The notes beneath the pieces are model-generated. The model had not been told where the DNA came from. It saw only the letters and a program-made list of their open reading frames with translations, and did no database searches. Source: a bacterium (lineage in GTDB: Bacteria > RBG-13-61-14 > DATKZS01). From it: 64,000 bases of DNA. Position 1 is the stretch's first letter; every line of letters begins with the position of its first letter. The position numbers and the translations under genes are program-made. The DNA lies in NCBI GenBank assembly GCA_963674965.2, contig CAXXFL010000007.1:448001-512000 (forward strand). Reading direction: 5' to 3'. Below, piece after piece: positions 39,486 through 49,468 of this stretch.

Positions 39486-40283
39486 CTAGAGGTCGAACTT
39501 CTTGGCCCGGAAGGCGGCCAGGAGGTCGGCGCAGAAATTATCGTTTCCGGCCAAGGCGTTGGCCACGATGATATTGGCCATCATCCTTTTATCCAGGGGA
39601 TTGATTATGGCCCCGTCCAGTCCTCTGGCTATGGCCATGGCCATAAATATCTGGTTTATCAGCTTGCGCTCGGGCAGGCCGAAGGACACGTTCGACAATC
39701 CGCAAAGGGTATGCACTCCCGGGAACTTGTCCATGATCCGCTCGACCGCCTCCAGGAACTCGACCGCGTACCGGTCATTGGTACCAAGCGGCTGGACCAG
39801 CGGGTCCACGTGGATGTTCTCCACCTTCACGCCGTTCTCGAGCAGCTTTCCCACCAGCCGCTCGGCTATGTCCACCCGGGCGTCGGCCGTTTCCGGCATG
39901 CCATCGTCGCTCATGCAAAGGGCCACCACTTTCAGGTCCGAGTCCTTAAGTATCGGGATTAGCTTTTCGTAACGGTCCTTTTCCAGGGAGATCGAGTTGA
40001 TGACGGGAGTTCCCTTGTGGACGGCCAGGGCCGTCTCGATGGCCGCCGGATTGGGACTGTCTATGCAACACGGAGCGTCCGTCGCTTCCTGTACTAATTT
40101 TACCAGCCACTTCAGGTACTCCGTTTCCTTCTCCACGAAAACCCCGGCGTTGACGTCAATAAAGTCGGCGCCGGCTTCCCTTTGGTCTATGGCCAACTGT
40201 TTTATGGCGTCCGCGTCTCCCGCCTCGATGGCCTGACCTACCGCTTTTCTGCTGGCGTTTATAAGCTCTCCTACAATAATCAT
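39486..40283 (-). CDS. Methyltetrahydrofolate:corrinoid methyltransferase (AcsE-like pterin-binding)
   Basis: MIIVGELINASRK, GADFIDVN, CIDSPN, INSIS and GLSNVSFGLP motifs. Confidence 0.88.
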   Translation of the reverse strand: MIIVGELINASRKAVGQAIEAGDADAIKQLAIDQREAGADFIDVNAGVFVEKETEYLKWLVKLVQEATDAPCCIDSPNPAAIETALAVHKGTPVINSISLEKDRYEKLIPILKDSDLKVVALCMSDDGMPETADARVDIAERLVGKLLENGVKVENIHVDPLVQPLGTNDRYAVEFLEAVERIMDKFPGVHTLCGLSNVSFGLPERKLINQIFMAMAIARGLDGAIINPLDKRMMANIIVANALAGNDNFCADLLAAFRAKKFDL

Positions 40284-40614
40284 GATCCCTCCGGTTTTTT
40301 CATTTCGCTCTCTTTCCTCACCATGGCGTCCGGCCCAGGCCATGACGCTCCCTTTCCCGTCCGCCTGACGGGGCCATCATACTAATGAAACCTTCTCGAT
40401 TCAAATCGGAAGGGGCCAAGGATCGCATAAGCGCGCTTTAAGCGCGTCAAATTGCCCTTATAGTATGCAAAATACCCGAGCATATTTATTTTAGCGCGGT
40501 TTCAAGAGCGCTGTTTTCCATATCCGGCCGGACTCCGGTTGACTCCAATTTGTAATTGTCCGTTTCTTAAACCATTTTTTCAAACCCATTCCGCTTGAAA
40601 CAACCTGCAACATA

Positions 40615-40630
40615 AGGCACGCATATTGCT
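40615..40630 (+). promoter_or_regulatory. Sigma54 (-24/-12) promoter upstream of the histidine kinase
   Basis: AGGCACGCATATTGCT gives GG-N10-GC with GGCACG and TTGCT. Confidence 0.7.
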
Positions 40631-40719
40631 TAACAAGTATTACGAGTCGGGTGGGTATTTCAGCAAATCTTCTTAAAATTGCCAAACCCATCAATTTGGG
40701 CGGTAAAAGGATCAGTAAA

Positions 40720-42504
40720 ATGTCGGGCCAGGAAGAAAGAATTTGGGCGGAACGCGATCTGGTAAAATGCAAGCCGATCGAGTTCATTCCTTTGAAAGAC
40801 CTCATCGCCCGGAGCGAGGAATGGCTTATGCACCGAATCCTTTCCTACGCCAAGGAAAGAGGTTACGTCAAGTATACGTCAACCCTGGCCGAGGCCTGGA
40901 GGATGTCCATTTCCGGCATCAGTTCCTCTCTCATAGGCGCGCTCGAGATAGCGGAGTATTATCCCGAGTTGGCTCCCGACGAGGATTACGAGGAAGACCC
41001 CATTGCAAGTTTCGGTATTGTCGAGGCCAGGCGACACAGGGCGCGCGGCGTGACCCTGGGAATGTACCTGGGCCTTATGAAATATTACCGCCAGAGCTAC
41101 ATGGACCTCATCAGGCAGGCCGACTTCGACAAAGACGCGGAGGAGCACTGCAGGCTTTTCGTCAATCGTTTCTTCGACCGCGTCGAGTTGGGCTTTACCA
41201 CCGAGTGGTCGTCAATGGACGAGAACGAAAAACTCGATGAACTTAAATCCTCAAACCGGTCCATGACCAACGAAAAGAATAAATACCTGACTATTTTCGA
41301 AAGCATACAAGACCCGGCGATCCTGCTTGACAAGCAAAGCAGAATCGAGAATATAAACCACGCGGCGGCAAAAGTTTTTTTCGGCATCGATGCCCCTGGT
41401 AAGGTCTACTACAACCTGTCCCCTACCGAGCGTGCCCTCCCATGGCTGGCGGAAAAGATCGATTTTTTCACGAGGGGAAAAACATCGGAAATAACCTTCG
41501 AGACCACCGTGCCCATAAACGGCCGCGAAAGGCAATTCGTGGTCAAGCTGCAAAAAATGCTCGACGTCAGCGAAAAGTTCGCGGGAACCATGGTCATTTT
41601 CCACGACGTCACGGAACTTAAGGAAACCCAGGCCAGCCTGATTAGACATCGGGACGACCTGATGAGGACCTTGACCGAGCTCAAGATCACCCAGAGCCAG
41701 ATGGTCCAGAACTCGAAACTGGCTTCCCTTGGCAGACTCGCCGGGGGCGTGGCTCACGAGATCAACAACCCCCTGGCTTACGCTTATGGAAACGTTCAGC
41801 TTCTGGAAAAACAACTGGACGACCTGACCGAGTTGCTTAAGGCCTACGCGGAGCTGCAAAACGAGGTGGAAAAGGAGGCGGCCGACCCGGAAAGAGCGCT
41901 GGAACTGGCCGAAAAAGCTAGTAAGCTATTTGAAAAAATTAATAAAAACTTTAACATGGAAGAACTTCCCGATCTTATAAAGGACACCCTGGACGGGCTT
42001 ACGCGCATAAAAAATATCGTCAAGGCCCTTAAGGATTTCGCATCCCCCGGCTCCGGAGAAAAGGTCCTATGCGACCTCAACCAGTGCGTGGGCGCAACCT
42101 TGAAACTCGTCTCCTCGGCCGTTGGGAAAAAAGCCCGCGTTATTACCAACCTCGAGGAAATTCCGCCCATTATGTGTATCTCCCAGGAGCTTAACGAGGC
42201 CCTGGTAAACATGATAATAAACGCGTCTCAGGCCATGGATAAAATGGGCTTTATCGAAATTACGACCGCCTTTAAAGATCCCAACGTCGTCCTCAAAATC
42301 AAGGACGCGGGTCATGGCATACCCCGGGACATTATTGACAGGATTTTCGATCCCTTTTTCACCACCCGGGCCGTGGGGGAAGGCATGGGCCTGGGCCTGT
42401 CCATCACCTACGGAATAGTCAGAAACCATGGAGGAACCATCGAGGTCGAAAGCGAACCTGGATTGGGAACGACCTTTACCGTCAAGCTGCCAGTTCCCGC
42501 CTAG
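40720..42504 (+). CDS. PAS sensor histidine kinase
   Basis: AHEINNPL, NASQA, DAGHG, FDPFFTT and GMGLGL boxes with a PAS domain. The start is uncertain. Confidence 0.92.
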   Translation: MSGQEERIWAERDLVKCKPIEFIPLKDLIARSEEWLMHRILSYAKERGYVKYTSTLAEAWRMSISGISSSLIGALEIAEYYPELAPDEDYEEDPIASFGIVEARRHRARGVTLGMYLGLMKYYRQSYMDLIRQADFDKDAEEHCRLFVNRFFDRVELGFTTEWSSMDENEKLDELKSSNRSMTNEKNKYLTIFESIQDPAILLDKQSRIENINHAAAKVFFGIDAPGKVYYNLSPTERALPWLAEKIDFFTRGKTSEITFETTVPINGRERQFVVKLQKMLDVSEKFAGTMVIFHDVTELKETQASLIRHRDDLMRTLTELKITQSQMVQNSKLASLGRLAGGVAHEINNPLAYAYGNVQLLEKQLDDLTELLKAYAELQNEVEKEAADPERALELAEKASKLFEKINKNFNMEELPDLIKDTLDGLTRIKNIVKALKDFASPGSGEKVLCDLNQCVGATLKLVSSAVGKKARVITNLEEIPPIMCISQELNEALVNMIINASQAMDKMGFIEITTAFKDPNVVLKIKDAGHGIPRDIIDRIFDPFFTTRAVGEGMGLGLSITYGIVRNHGGTIEVESEPGLGTTFTVKLPVPA

Positions 42505-42572
42505 AGCCTCGCCCGACTGGCCAGGCCAGGGCAAACCCGGCTTTAACAACGCCGCCGCTAAGCGGACTAATC

Positions 42573-42897
42573 AGAGCTTCTTGCAAAAGTCCTTTTCTTT
42601 GCGGCATAGCCGCTTAGGAGTGCGGCGGCTCGACGCCGCTTTTCTTCCGAGCGGCTTGACGCGAGGCAAGCAGGCGTATTATTAGGCCTTGTCAAGCCAA
42701 GGCCATCGAAAGCGGTCTCAAGCGACCGCACTCCTATGTCCCCATTTGTCAAGTGACCTCGAATTATTATATCGGTCCTGGGCAATCTCTTATTCGAACG
42801 CGTGGTGGTACACGGTTCATTTTATCTTTTCGCTTCCGGACGGATCACACTCCAAAGCGGCTATGCCGCAAAGAAAAGGACTTTTGCAAGAAGCTCT
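42573..42897. mobile_element. MITE-like element with 50-bp terminal inverted repeats
   Basis: 42573-42622 and 42848-42897 are reverse complements with one mismatch. ATC flanks both sides. Confidence 0.8.
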
Positions 42898-43085
42898 ATC
42901 CGTGTTGGAGGCCTTCAGCCCGCGGCTTCGCGTCCCACGCAATATTGCGGACAATATTGTGATGGGGCGCTCCGCCCAGGGCGGGCCGGGAAGACGGGAT
43001 TTGTCATGGCCGCAGTCGGCCTTTAATATGTATGTCGGGTCGGCGGCCTGGCCGGCGTAATCTCGAATCGACGGGGGAGACGGTG

Positions 43086-43463
43086 ATGATTGAAATAACG
43101 ATGAATCCTATCGACGTTGGCAAGGAGTTCATGAAGCTGGACCTCACGGGGGCGGGGTCCGTCGTGACGCACGTGGGGGTGGTCAAGCCCGACCCCGAGG
43201 GAGGGCCGAGTCGGGGGATCAGGTTCGCCGACAAGGGCGGCGCCCCGTCCGAGCTCGAGTCCATCGAGAGGGACTTAAGGCAAAGCTATAACCTTATCGA
43301 CGTGGTCCTGGTCAGGCGGATGGGCGAGCTGGAGGTGGGCGACGTGATCCTGGTGGCGGCCATATCGGCCAAGGGAAGGGAGGACGCCTTCGGCGCCTGC
43401 CGCGAGGCGGTCGAGCGCTACAAGAAGATGAAGCTGATCGACAAGGCCGAGCTGTTCGTATAG
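43086..43463 (+). CDS. MoaE-like protein (divergent)
   Basis: GAGSVVTHVGVV, RRMGELEVGD and REDAFGACREAVERYKK motifs. Confidence 0.75.
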   Translation: MIEITMNPIDVGKEFMKLDLTGAGSVVTHVGVVKPDPEGGPSRGIRFADKGGAPSELESIERDLRQSYNLIDVVLVRRMGELEVGDVILVAAISAKGREDAFGACREAVERYKKMKLIDKAELFV

Positions 43464-43474
43464 AGGGAAGAAGA

Positions 43475-44434
43475 ATGAGGGAGCCGGCATTTCGAACGAG
43501 GGTATCGGATACGCTGGGCGTCGAGTATCCCATCATCCAGGGGGCCATGGCCTGGGTAAGCTTCGCGCCGCTGGTGGCGGCGGTAAGCGAGGCCGGGGGT
43601 TTCGGCATAATCGGCGGGACCATCATGATGCCGGAGGACTTAAGGCGGGAAATCCGCTCGGTCAAGGAGATGACGGACAAGCCCTTCGGCGTCAACATCA
43701 TCAGCCTCCACCCGCATATAAAGGACATCCTTCAAGTCCTGATCGAGGAGAAGGTCAAGGTGGCCACCTATGGTACGGGCAATCCCAAGAAGATCATCGA
43801 GGTCCTGAAGCCGGGGGGCGTCATGAGCTTTCCCGTCGTGCCTCATATCAAGGGCGCGGTCCGGGCCAGGGATGACGGGGCCGACGGGGTGATCGTCTCG
43901 GGGCTGGAGGGCGGCGGGCACGTGGGCCTTCTTTCCACCATGGTCCTCATACCCCAGGCGCGCGACAAGGTGGACATCCCCCTGGTGGCGGCGGGCGGCA
44001 TAGCCGACGGCAGGGGCATGGCGGCGGCCTTCGCCATGGGCGCCGAGGCCGTCCAGCTCGGCACCCGGTTCATCGTCACCCGCGAGTCCCCGGCCCACGC
44101 CAACGTGAAAAGGAAGATACTCGAGGCCAGGGCCGAGGACACGGCGGTAACGGGCAACATAACCGGGCTTCCCGTCCGGGTGATCAGGAACCGCATGGCT
44201 GAGGAGTTCCTGGCCATGGAGGACACGGGAAGAAGCAAGGCGGAGATGGCCTTGTTCGGATCGGGCAAGATGAAGCTGGCCTTCCAGGAGGGGGACGCGG
44301 AGGACGGCTCGGTCATGTCGGGCCAGATTTCGGGCATGATCGATGACGAGCCAAGCTGCGAGGATTTCATCCAGCGGATGATGGCGGATTTCAGGAGGAC
44401 CGCGCGAGAGCTCGCCCGGACCGCCTCGACCTAG
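43475..44434 (+). CDS. FabK/nitronate monooxygenase family flavoprotein
   Basis: YPIIQGAMAWVS, KPFGVN, EGGGH, AAGGIADGRG and GTRF motifs. Confidence 0.9.
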   Translation: MREPAFRTRVSDTLGVEYPIIQGAMAWVSFAPLVAAVSEAGGFGIIGGTIMMPEDLRREIRSVKEMTDKPFGVNIISLHPHIKDILQVLIEEKVKVATYGTGNPKKIIEVLKPGGVMSFPVVPHIKGAVRARDDGADGVIVSGLEGGGHVGLLSTMVLIPQARDKVDIPLVAAGGIADGRGMAAAFAMGAEAVQLGTRFIVTRESPAHANVKRKILEARAEDTAVTGNITGLPVRVIRNRMAEEFLAMEDTGRSKAEMALFGSGKMKLAFQEGDAEDGSVMSGQISGMIDDEPSCEDFIQRMMADFRRTARELARTAST

Positions 44435-44441
44435 ACGTCGG

Positions 44442-45269
44442 TTACTGGAACGCGACGGAGCCGAAAAACAATCCTATGGCGCCGTGGAGGGCGGCGGCGG
44501 GAAAGACGTTTCCGGCGCGCTCGTAGACGAGGCCCAGTATAAGACCTTCGGCCGCCGTGACCGCCGCGGCGGTCAAGTGGATATCGAACTCGGCCAGGCT
44601 CGAGACAAAGGGATTGAAATACATGATCCCATGGCCCAGCCCGAAAATAAGCGAGGCAATAATAAGTCCCCAACCGAACCTGACTCCCATGACTCGAAAC
44701 GGCCTTCCCAAAGAGCGGTTCAGGCGGCCCTGCAAAAAACCGCGAAAGAAAACCTCCTCCCCCACCCCGCAGAACAGCACCGTGAACGTGACCGTCAAGC
44801 CCCAGCCGATAAAATTCGCCGCCGTCTGCGATATGGTCTTGGTAACGAAAAGGGAATTGGCGAAGGAATAGGGGGGAAGAAGCAGGAACAACCTCCTGCC
44901 CGCCCAAAGGTTGGGTATTAGCATGACCGCGATCCAGACCGCGAAAAGCTCGGCCGCCACGATTCGGCTCAGCCTCCTGGTCTCGGGGTCTTTAAAACCA
45001 GAGGCCGAGACGCCGACCTCGGACAGACCTCCCCTTGATATCAAAACGAAAAACAAAGGTATGGCGAACATCATGAAGTGAGCGAAAAAGTCCCAGCCTA
45101 AAAGCACAAGCTGGATAGACCCCACTATGGTGACTTCCAGGTACTTGATAAAGAGGACCAGGCCGAGAAAAATCGCCATCGCCTCCGCCACCGCCAGGAA
45201 CTTGTCTTTCAATTCCCGCCTCCTTTCTCCTTCGCCTTTTACATGGAGCAAAGGCCGGGCCAAGGGCAT
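44442..45269 (-). CDS. CPBP (Abi/CAAX) intramembrane protease
   Basis: EEVFFRG, FGLGH and AAALH motifs. Confidence 0.88.
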   Translation of the reverse strand: MPLARPLLHVKGEGERRRELKDKFLAVAEAMAIFLGLVLFIKYLEVTIVGSIQLVLLGWDFFAHFMMFAIPLFFVLISRGGLSEVGVSASGFKDPETRRLSRIVAAELFAVWIAVMLIPNLWAGRRLFLLLPPYSFANSLFVTKTISQTAANFIGWGLTVTFTVLFCGVGEEVFFRGFLQGRLNRSLGRPFRVMGVRFGWGLIIASLIFGLGHGIMYFNPFVSSLAEFDIHLTAAAVTAAEGLILGLVYERAGNVFPAAALHGAIGLFFGSVAFQ

Positions 45270-45480
45270 GAAGACGTATAACTATAGGAATCGTATTAAT
45301 AAATTACTATAACGGTCGGACGGAAGGAGACGGGAGTGATATAATTAGTTTCACGAGTATGAAGAATCTTACATAGCCGGGAAAATTCATGTAATACAGT
45401 GATCGACTTTGCCGCCAGAAGGAGAGACAAAAAAGCGAGGCGCCCCAAAGACGCCCCGCCGAAAGGAATTTGACCTTCAA

Positions 45481-47034
45481 TTAAAGAGGAATATTTCCGT
45501 GTTTTTTGGGCGGCCTGGTTTCCCGCTTGGACATGCAGGCGTTCACGGCGTTAACAATCATGGCCCTTGATTCGCTCGGTTTGATGATCATGTCTATGTA
45601 TCCTCTCGAGGCCGCCACGTAGGGGTTGGCGAAAAGTTCCTCGTACTCGGCTATCTTCTCCGCCAGCTTGGCGCTCGAGTCCTCGGCTTCCTTTATCTCC
45701 TTGCGGAAAATAATTTTCGAGGCCCCCGGGGCCCCCATGACGGCTATCTCGGCGGAGGGCCAGGCCATGACGACGTCCGCTCCCAGGTCCCTCGGGCACA
45801 TGGCCAGATATGACCCTCCGTAGGCTTTCCTGGTGATGAGGGTGATCTTGGGAACGGTGGCCTCGGAATAGACCCACAGCATTTTGGCGCCGTGGCGGAT
45901 GATGCCGGACCATTCCTGGTCCGAGCCCGGCAGGTAGCCGGGAACGTCCTGGATCGTCAAGATGGGCAGGTTGAAAGCGTCGCAGAACCTGATAAAGCGG
46001 GCCGCCTTGTCCGAGGCGTTCACGTCAAGTGACCCGCCGAGATAATTGGGCTGGTTCGCGATTATGCCGATGGAATGTCCACCCATCCTGGCGAAGCCGA
46101 CCACCATGTTGAGGGCGTAAAGAGGCTGGACCTCGTAGAACGTGCCCTGGTCAACCAGCATGTTGATCACGTCCTTCATGTCGTAGCTTTTTTTCGGATC
46201 GTCCGGAATAATCGCGTCGGCCTCGGGGATGGGCCGGTTGGGGTCGTCGCCCGTCTCCAAATAGGGCGGGTCCTCGATGTTGTTCTGAGGAAGGTAAGTC
46301 AAAAGGGTGCGGATTTGCTCGATGCAGTCCTCGTCGTTCTCGGTGGCGAAGTGGGCCACGCCCGACTTCTGGCAATGAGATATGGCCCCTCCCAGGTCCT
46401 CGAAGCTGATCTCCTCGCCCGTGACGGACTTGATGACCTCGGGACCGGTGATGAACATGTAGCTGGTGTTCTTGACCATGAAGATGAAGTCCGTCATGGC
46501 CGGGGAATATACCGCTCCACCCGCGGTGGGGCCCATGATGGCGCTTATCTGGGGAATTACGCCCGAGGCCGCCGAGTTGCGGAAAAAGATATTGCCGTAA
46601 CCCGAAAGCGCGTCCACTCCCTCTTGAATCCTGGCGCCGCCCGAGTCGTTCATGCCCACCATGGGGCACCCGAGCTTGAGGGCCATGTCCATGGCCTTGC
46701 AGATTTTCCGGGCGTGCATCTCGCCCAGGCTGCCGCCCCGGCTGGTAAAGTCCTGGGCATAGGCGCAGGTGACCCGGCCGTTGATCCTGCCAAACCCCGT
46801 GACCACGCCCTCGGCCGGCACGTCGGTCGATTCCATGCCGAAGCTCGTGCACCGATGCTTGACGAACATGTCGAGCTCGGTGAAGGTCCCCGGGTCGAAA
46901 AGCGCCTCGATCCTTTCCCTGGCGGTGAGTTTTCCCTTTTCCTTATGCTTCGCCACCGCCTTCTCGCCGCCCATGGCGCGTTCTTTATCTTGTTTGGCCT
47001 TTAGTTCCGCTATCCTCTCGGCGACGGTCTTCAT
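45481..47034 (-). CDS. mmdA: Acyl-CoA carboxyltransferase (methylmalonyl-CoA decarboxylase alpha / PccB-like)
   Basis: DSGGARIQEG, AGGAVYSPA, DVPGYLPG and KKHGNIPL motifs. It is adjacent to the other decarboxylase subunits. Confidence 0.85.
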   Translation of the reverse strand: MKTVAERIAELKAKQDKERAMGGEKAVAKHKEKGKLTARERIEALFDPGTFTELDMFVKHRCTSFGMESTDVPAEGVVTGFGRINGRVTCAYAQDFTSRGGSLGEMHARKICKAMDMALKLGCPMVGMNDSGGARIQEGVDALSGYGNIFFRNSAASGVIPQISAIMGPTAGGAVYSPAMTDFIFMVKNTSYMFITGPEVIKSVTGEEISFEDLGGAISHCQKSGVAHFATENDEDCIEQIRTLLTYLPQNNIEDPPYLETGDDPNRPIPEADAIIPDDPKKSYDMKDVINMLVDQGTFYEVQPLYALNMVVGFARMGGHSIGIIANQPNYLGGSLDVNASDKAARFIRFCDAFNLPILTIQDVPGYLPGSDQEWSGIIRHGAKMLWVYSEATVPKITLITRKAYGGSYLAMCPRDLGADVVMAWPSAEIAVMGAPGASKIIFRKEIKEAEDSSAKLAEKIAEYEELFANPYVAASRGYIDMIIKPSESRAMIVNAVNACMSKRETRPPKKHGNIPL

Positions 47035-47138
47035 ATTTGTCCCTCCTGAAAATATCTTGGAAATTCGGTATTTTGTTCTCTATCGTCCCGGCGCGTCATA
47101 TTTTATCCGACTTCTCAGGGCCACATATCGTCCATGGT

Positions 47139-47213
47139 TTGACTGGTCCGGTCAGCTAAAATATAATACTTTACCGGGCTTTATTGAATAACACCTGTTA
47201 GCCCGCATGTCAA
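47139..47213. promoter_or_regulatory. Pair of face-to-face sigma70 promoters
   Basis: Plus strand TTGACT-17-TATAAT (47139-47167) and minus strand TTGACA-17-TATTCA (47213-47185). Confidence 0.6.
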
Positions 47214-47244
47214 GAAAACCAGGATAACGAGGGGCGTTGATAAT

Positions 47245-47610
47245 ATGAATCCGGAGTTTACAAACGGGGTCACCCTTATGCTGACCGGAATCGTGGTCGT
47301 CATGGCCATACTGGCTCTTCTGGCCTTGTCCATAGAAGCGGTTATCATGGTCGACAATTGGATGAAGGCGAGGGCAAGGGCTAAAGATGGATTCAATAAA
47401 GAGGCAATTCCCTCCGAGACTCGGATGATGGAGTTCTTGTCGGACGAGGAGGCCGCGGCCATCGGACTCGCGCTCCATGAGTACATCGAGATGCAGTACC
47501 GGCAGGCCGGCGTGTTGAACATCTCCGGGCCCGAGGCCAGCCGCTGGTCCGCCTCCGGCCGCCAGGGCATAATGGCATCGCGCCTGAACGTGATACTTCG
47601 AGGAAAATAA
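47245..47610 (+). CDS. OadG/MmdD-family decarboxylase membrane anchor subunit
   Basis: N-terminal TM (GIVVVMAILALL), AAAIGLAL and SRWSASGR motifs. Confidence 0.8.
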   Translation: MNPEFTNGVTLMLTGIVVVMAILALLALSIEAVIMVDNWMKARARAKDGFNKEAIPSETRMMEFLSDEEAAAIGLALHEYIEMQYRQAGVLNISGPEASRWSASGRQGIMASRLNVILRGK

Positions 47611-47626
47611 AGGTGGTTTCAAGGTC

Positions 47627-48103
47627 ATGAAAGATTACGTTTACGTTATAAACGGCATCGAGTATGAGGTCAAAATAAACCAGGTCCTCGGCGACAGGGC
47701 CATGGTCGAGGTAAACGGCAAGGTCTACCAAGTGGACATTAAAAGCTCGGGACTGCCCTTTATCGTCGCGCCTCAGCCGCCGGCCGGCGCCCAAGGCCGG
47801 ACCGCTCCCCAGGTCGCCCCGGCCGTCGCCGCCGCGCCCGGCGTTAACGGAGCGTCGCCCCAGCCGGTCCAGGGAAAATCTTCCGCCCCCGCGGGCACGG
47901 TCAAGGCCCCCATGCCCGGAACGGTCACGAGAATCCTGGTCGGGGCGGGCGACGAGGTGTCGGTGGGAAGCGTGCTTTTAATCATCGAGGCCATGAAAAT
48001 GGAAAACGAGATCAAGGCGACGGCGGCGGGACGGGTGGAAAAGGTGCTCGTGCATATGGGCGACAACGTGGGAGCGGGAAGCTCGCTTTTAATTATCGCC
48101 TGA
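47627..48103 (+). CDS. Biotin carboxyl carrier subunit (MmdC-like)
   Basis: Ala/Pro linker, APMPG and EAMKMENE motifs. Confidence 0.93.
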   Translation: MKDYVYVINGIEYEVKINQVLGDRAMVEVNGKVYQVDIKSSGLPFIVAPQPPAGAQGRTAPQVAPAVAAAPGVNGASPQPVQGKSSAPAGTVKAPMPGTVTRILVGAGDEVSVGSVLLIIEAMKMENEIKATAAGRVEKVLVHMGDNVGAGSSLLIIA

Positions 48104-48128
48104 AGCGATATAATTATTCCCGGCTAGA

Positions 48129-49328
48129 GTGATAAAGATGCTTGAGAATTTTCTGGACAACTTCGTAAAAGTCTTCTCCAGTACCGGCTTTTCAGCCATT
48201 ACCGCGCCGAACCTGCTTATGCTCGCGGTTGGATGCGCTTTTATTTATATGGCCATCGTCAAGGAATACGAGCCTTACGAGCTTTTGCCCATCGGCCTTG
48301 GGGCCATCCTGATAAATCTGCCTCTCCATCAGATGGGTAACTTCTTTCCCGTCCTCGAGCTTAACGAGGCGGGGCAGGTGGTAAAAGGGTTCACGCAAAA
48401 CGCCGGGCTTCTCGGATTGGCCAAGGAATACGGCCTGTTTACGTACAACATCCTTCCTCCCCTGATATTCCTGGGACTTGGAGCCATTACGGATTTTAGC
48501 CCTCTCATCGCCAACCCCAAGATGCTGCTCCTGGGAGGAGCCGCGCAAGTAGGCGTTTTCGTGGCGTTCTTCGGATCAATGCTCATGGGGTTCGATTTGA
48601 ACGACTCCGCCGCCATCAGCATTATCGGAGGCGCCGACGGGCCCACGACCATATATATCAACGCCATACTGGCGCCCGAACGGCTGGGTATCACCGCCGT
48701 CACGGCCTATTCCTACATGGGGCTGGTGGCCATCATCCAGCCGCCCATTATCAGGCTCCTGACCTCGAAAAAAGAGCGGATGATGAAAATGGAGCAGCTT
48801 CGTCCGGTCTCGAAAAGGACGAAAATTCTTTTCCCCATCGTGATCATGATTATCAGCATCCTGTTCATTCCCATGAGCGCCCCTCTTATCAGCATGTTCA
48901 TGATAGGAAACGTCTTTCGCGAGTCGGGAGTGGTGGACAGGTTATCGCGCACCTCGGCCAACGAGCTTCTCAATATCGTCACCATCTTTCTTATGCTCTG
49001 CATCGGCATCACCCTGGAGGGAAACGCCGTTTGCAACTGGGAGACCATCAAGATACTAAGTCTGGGACTGGTGGCCTTCGCCGCAGGGACCGCCGGTGGA
49101 ATACTCTTCGCCAAGGTCATGAACCTTTTCACCAAAAACAAGGTCAATCCCATTATTGGCGCGGCCGGCGTTTCCGCCGTGCCCATGGCGGCCCGGGTCG
49201 CGCAGGAAATAGCCCATCACGAGGACCCGGAGAACCACATCCTCATGCACGCCATGGGCCCGAACGTGGCCGGAGTTATCGGGTCCGCCATCGTGGCCGG
49301 ATATTTCCTCAGCATTCTGGCCAAGTAA
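48129..49328 (+). CDS. Na+-transporting decarboxylase beta subunit (OadB/MmdB)
   Basis: IIGGADGPT, AYSYMGLV, GVSAVPMAARV and HAMGPNVAGVIGS motifs. Confidence 0.95.
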   Translation: MIKMLENFLDNFVKVFSSTGFSAITAPNLLMLAVGCAFIYMAIVKEYEPYELLPIGLGAILINLPLHQMGNFFPVLELNEAGQVVKGFTQNAGLLGLAKEYGLFTYNILPPLIFLGLGAITDFSPLIANPKMLLLGGAAQVGVFVAFFGSMLMGFDLNDSAAISIIGGADGPTTIYINAILAPERLGITAVTAYSYMGLVAIIQPPIIRLLTSKKERMMKMEQLRPVSKRTKILFPIVIMIISILFIPMSAPLISMFMIGNVFRESGVVDRLSRTSANELLNIVTIFLMLCIGITLEGNAVCNWETIKILSLGLVAFAAGTAGGILFAKVMNLFTKNKVNPIIGAAGVSAVPMAARVAQEIAHHEDPENHILMHAMGPNVAGVIGSAIVAGYFLSILAK

Positions 49329-49349
49329 CCTCGAATCGCGATCCCATCG

Positions 49350-49386
49350 GGCCAGGTCCGGCGCGGGCCTGGCCGCGCTTTTGTTT
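49350..49386 (+). terminator. Rho-independent terminator
   Basis: GGCCAGGTCCG/CGGGCCTGGCC stem then a T-rich tract. Confidence 0.55.
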
Positions 49387-49468
49387 CCCGCCATTACGTA
49401 ACGGGGCCCGAAATAAAGCTAAAGTTCGTCTCCCTTTCTCCGATATACATAATAACGGAGGAAGTGAT

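Noticed and set aside
42689-43060. 123-aa ORF across the MITE as a transposase fragment
   Set aside because: There are no convincing motifs, and it reads through the repeat sequence.
44442-45269. Abi-named protease as phage defence
   Set aside because: CPBP proteases are generic membrane proteases, and there is no defence context here.
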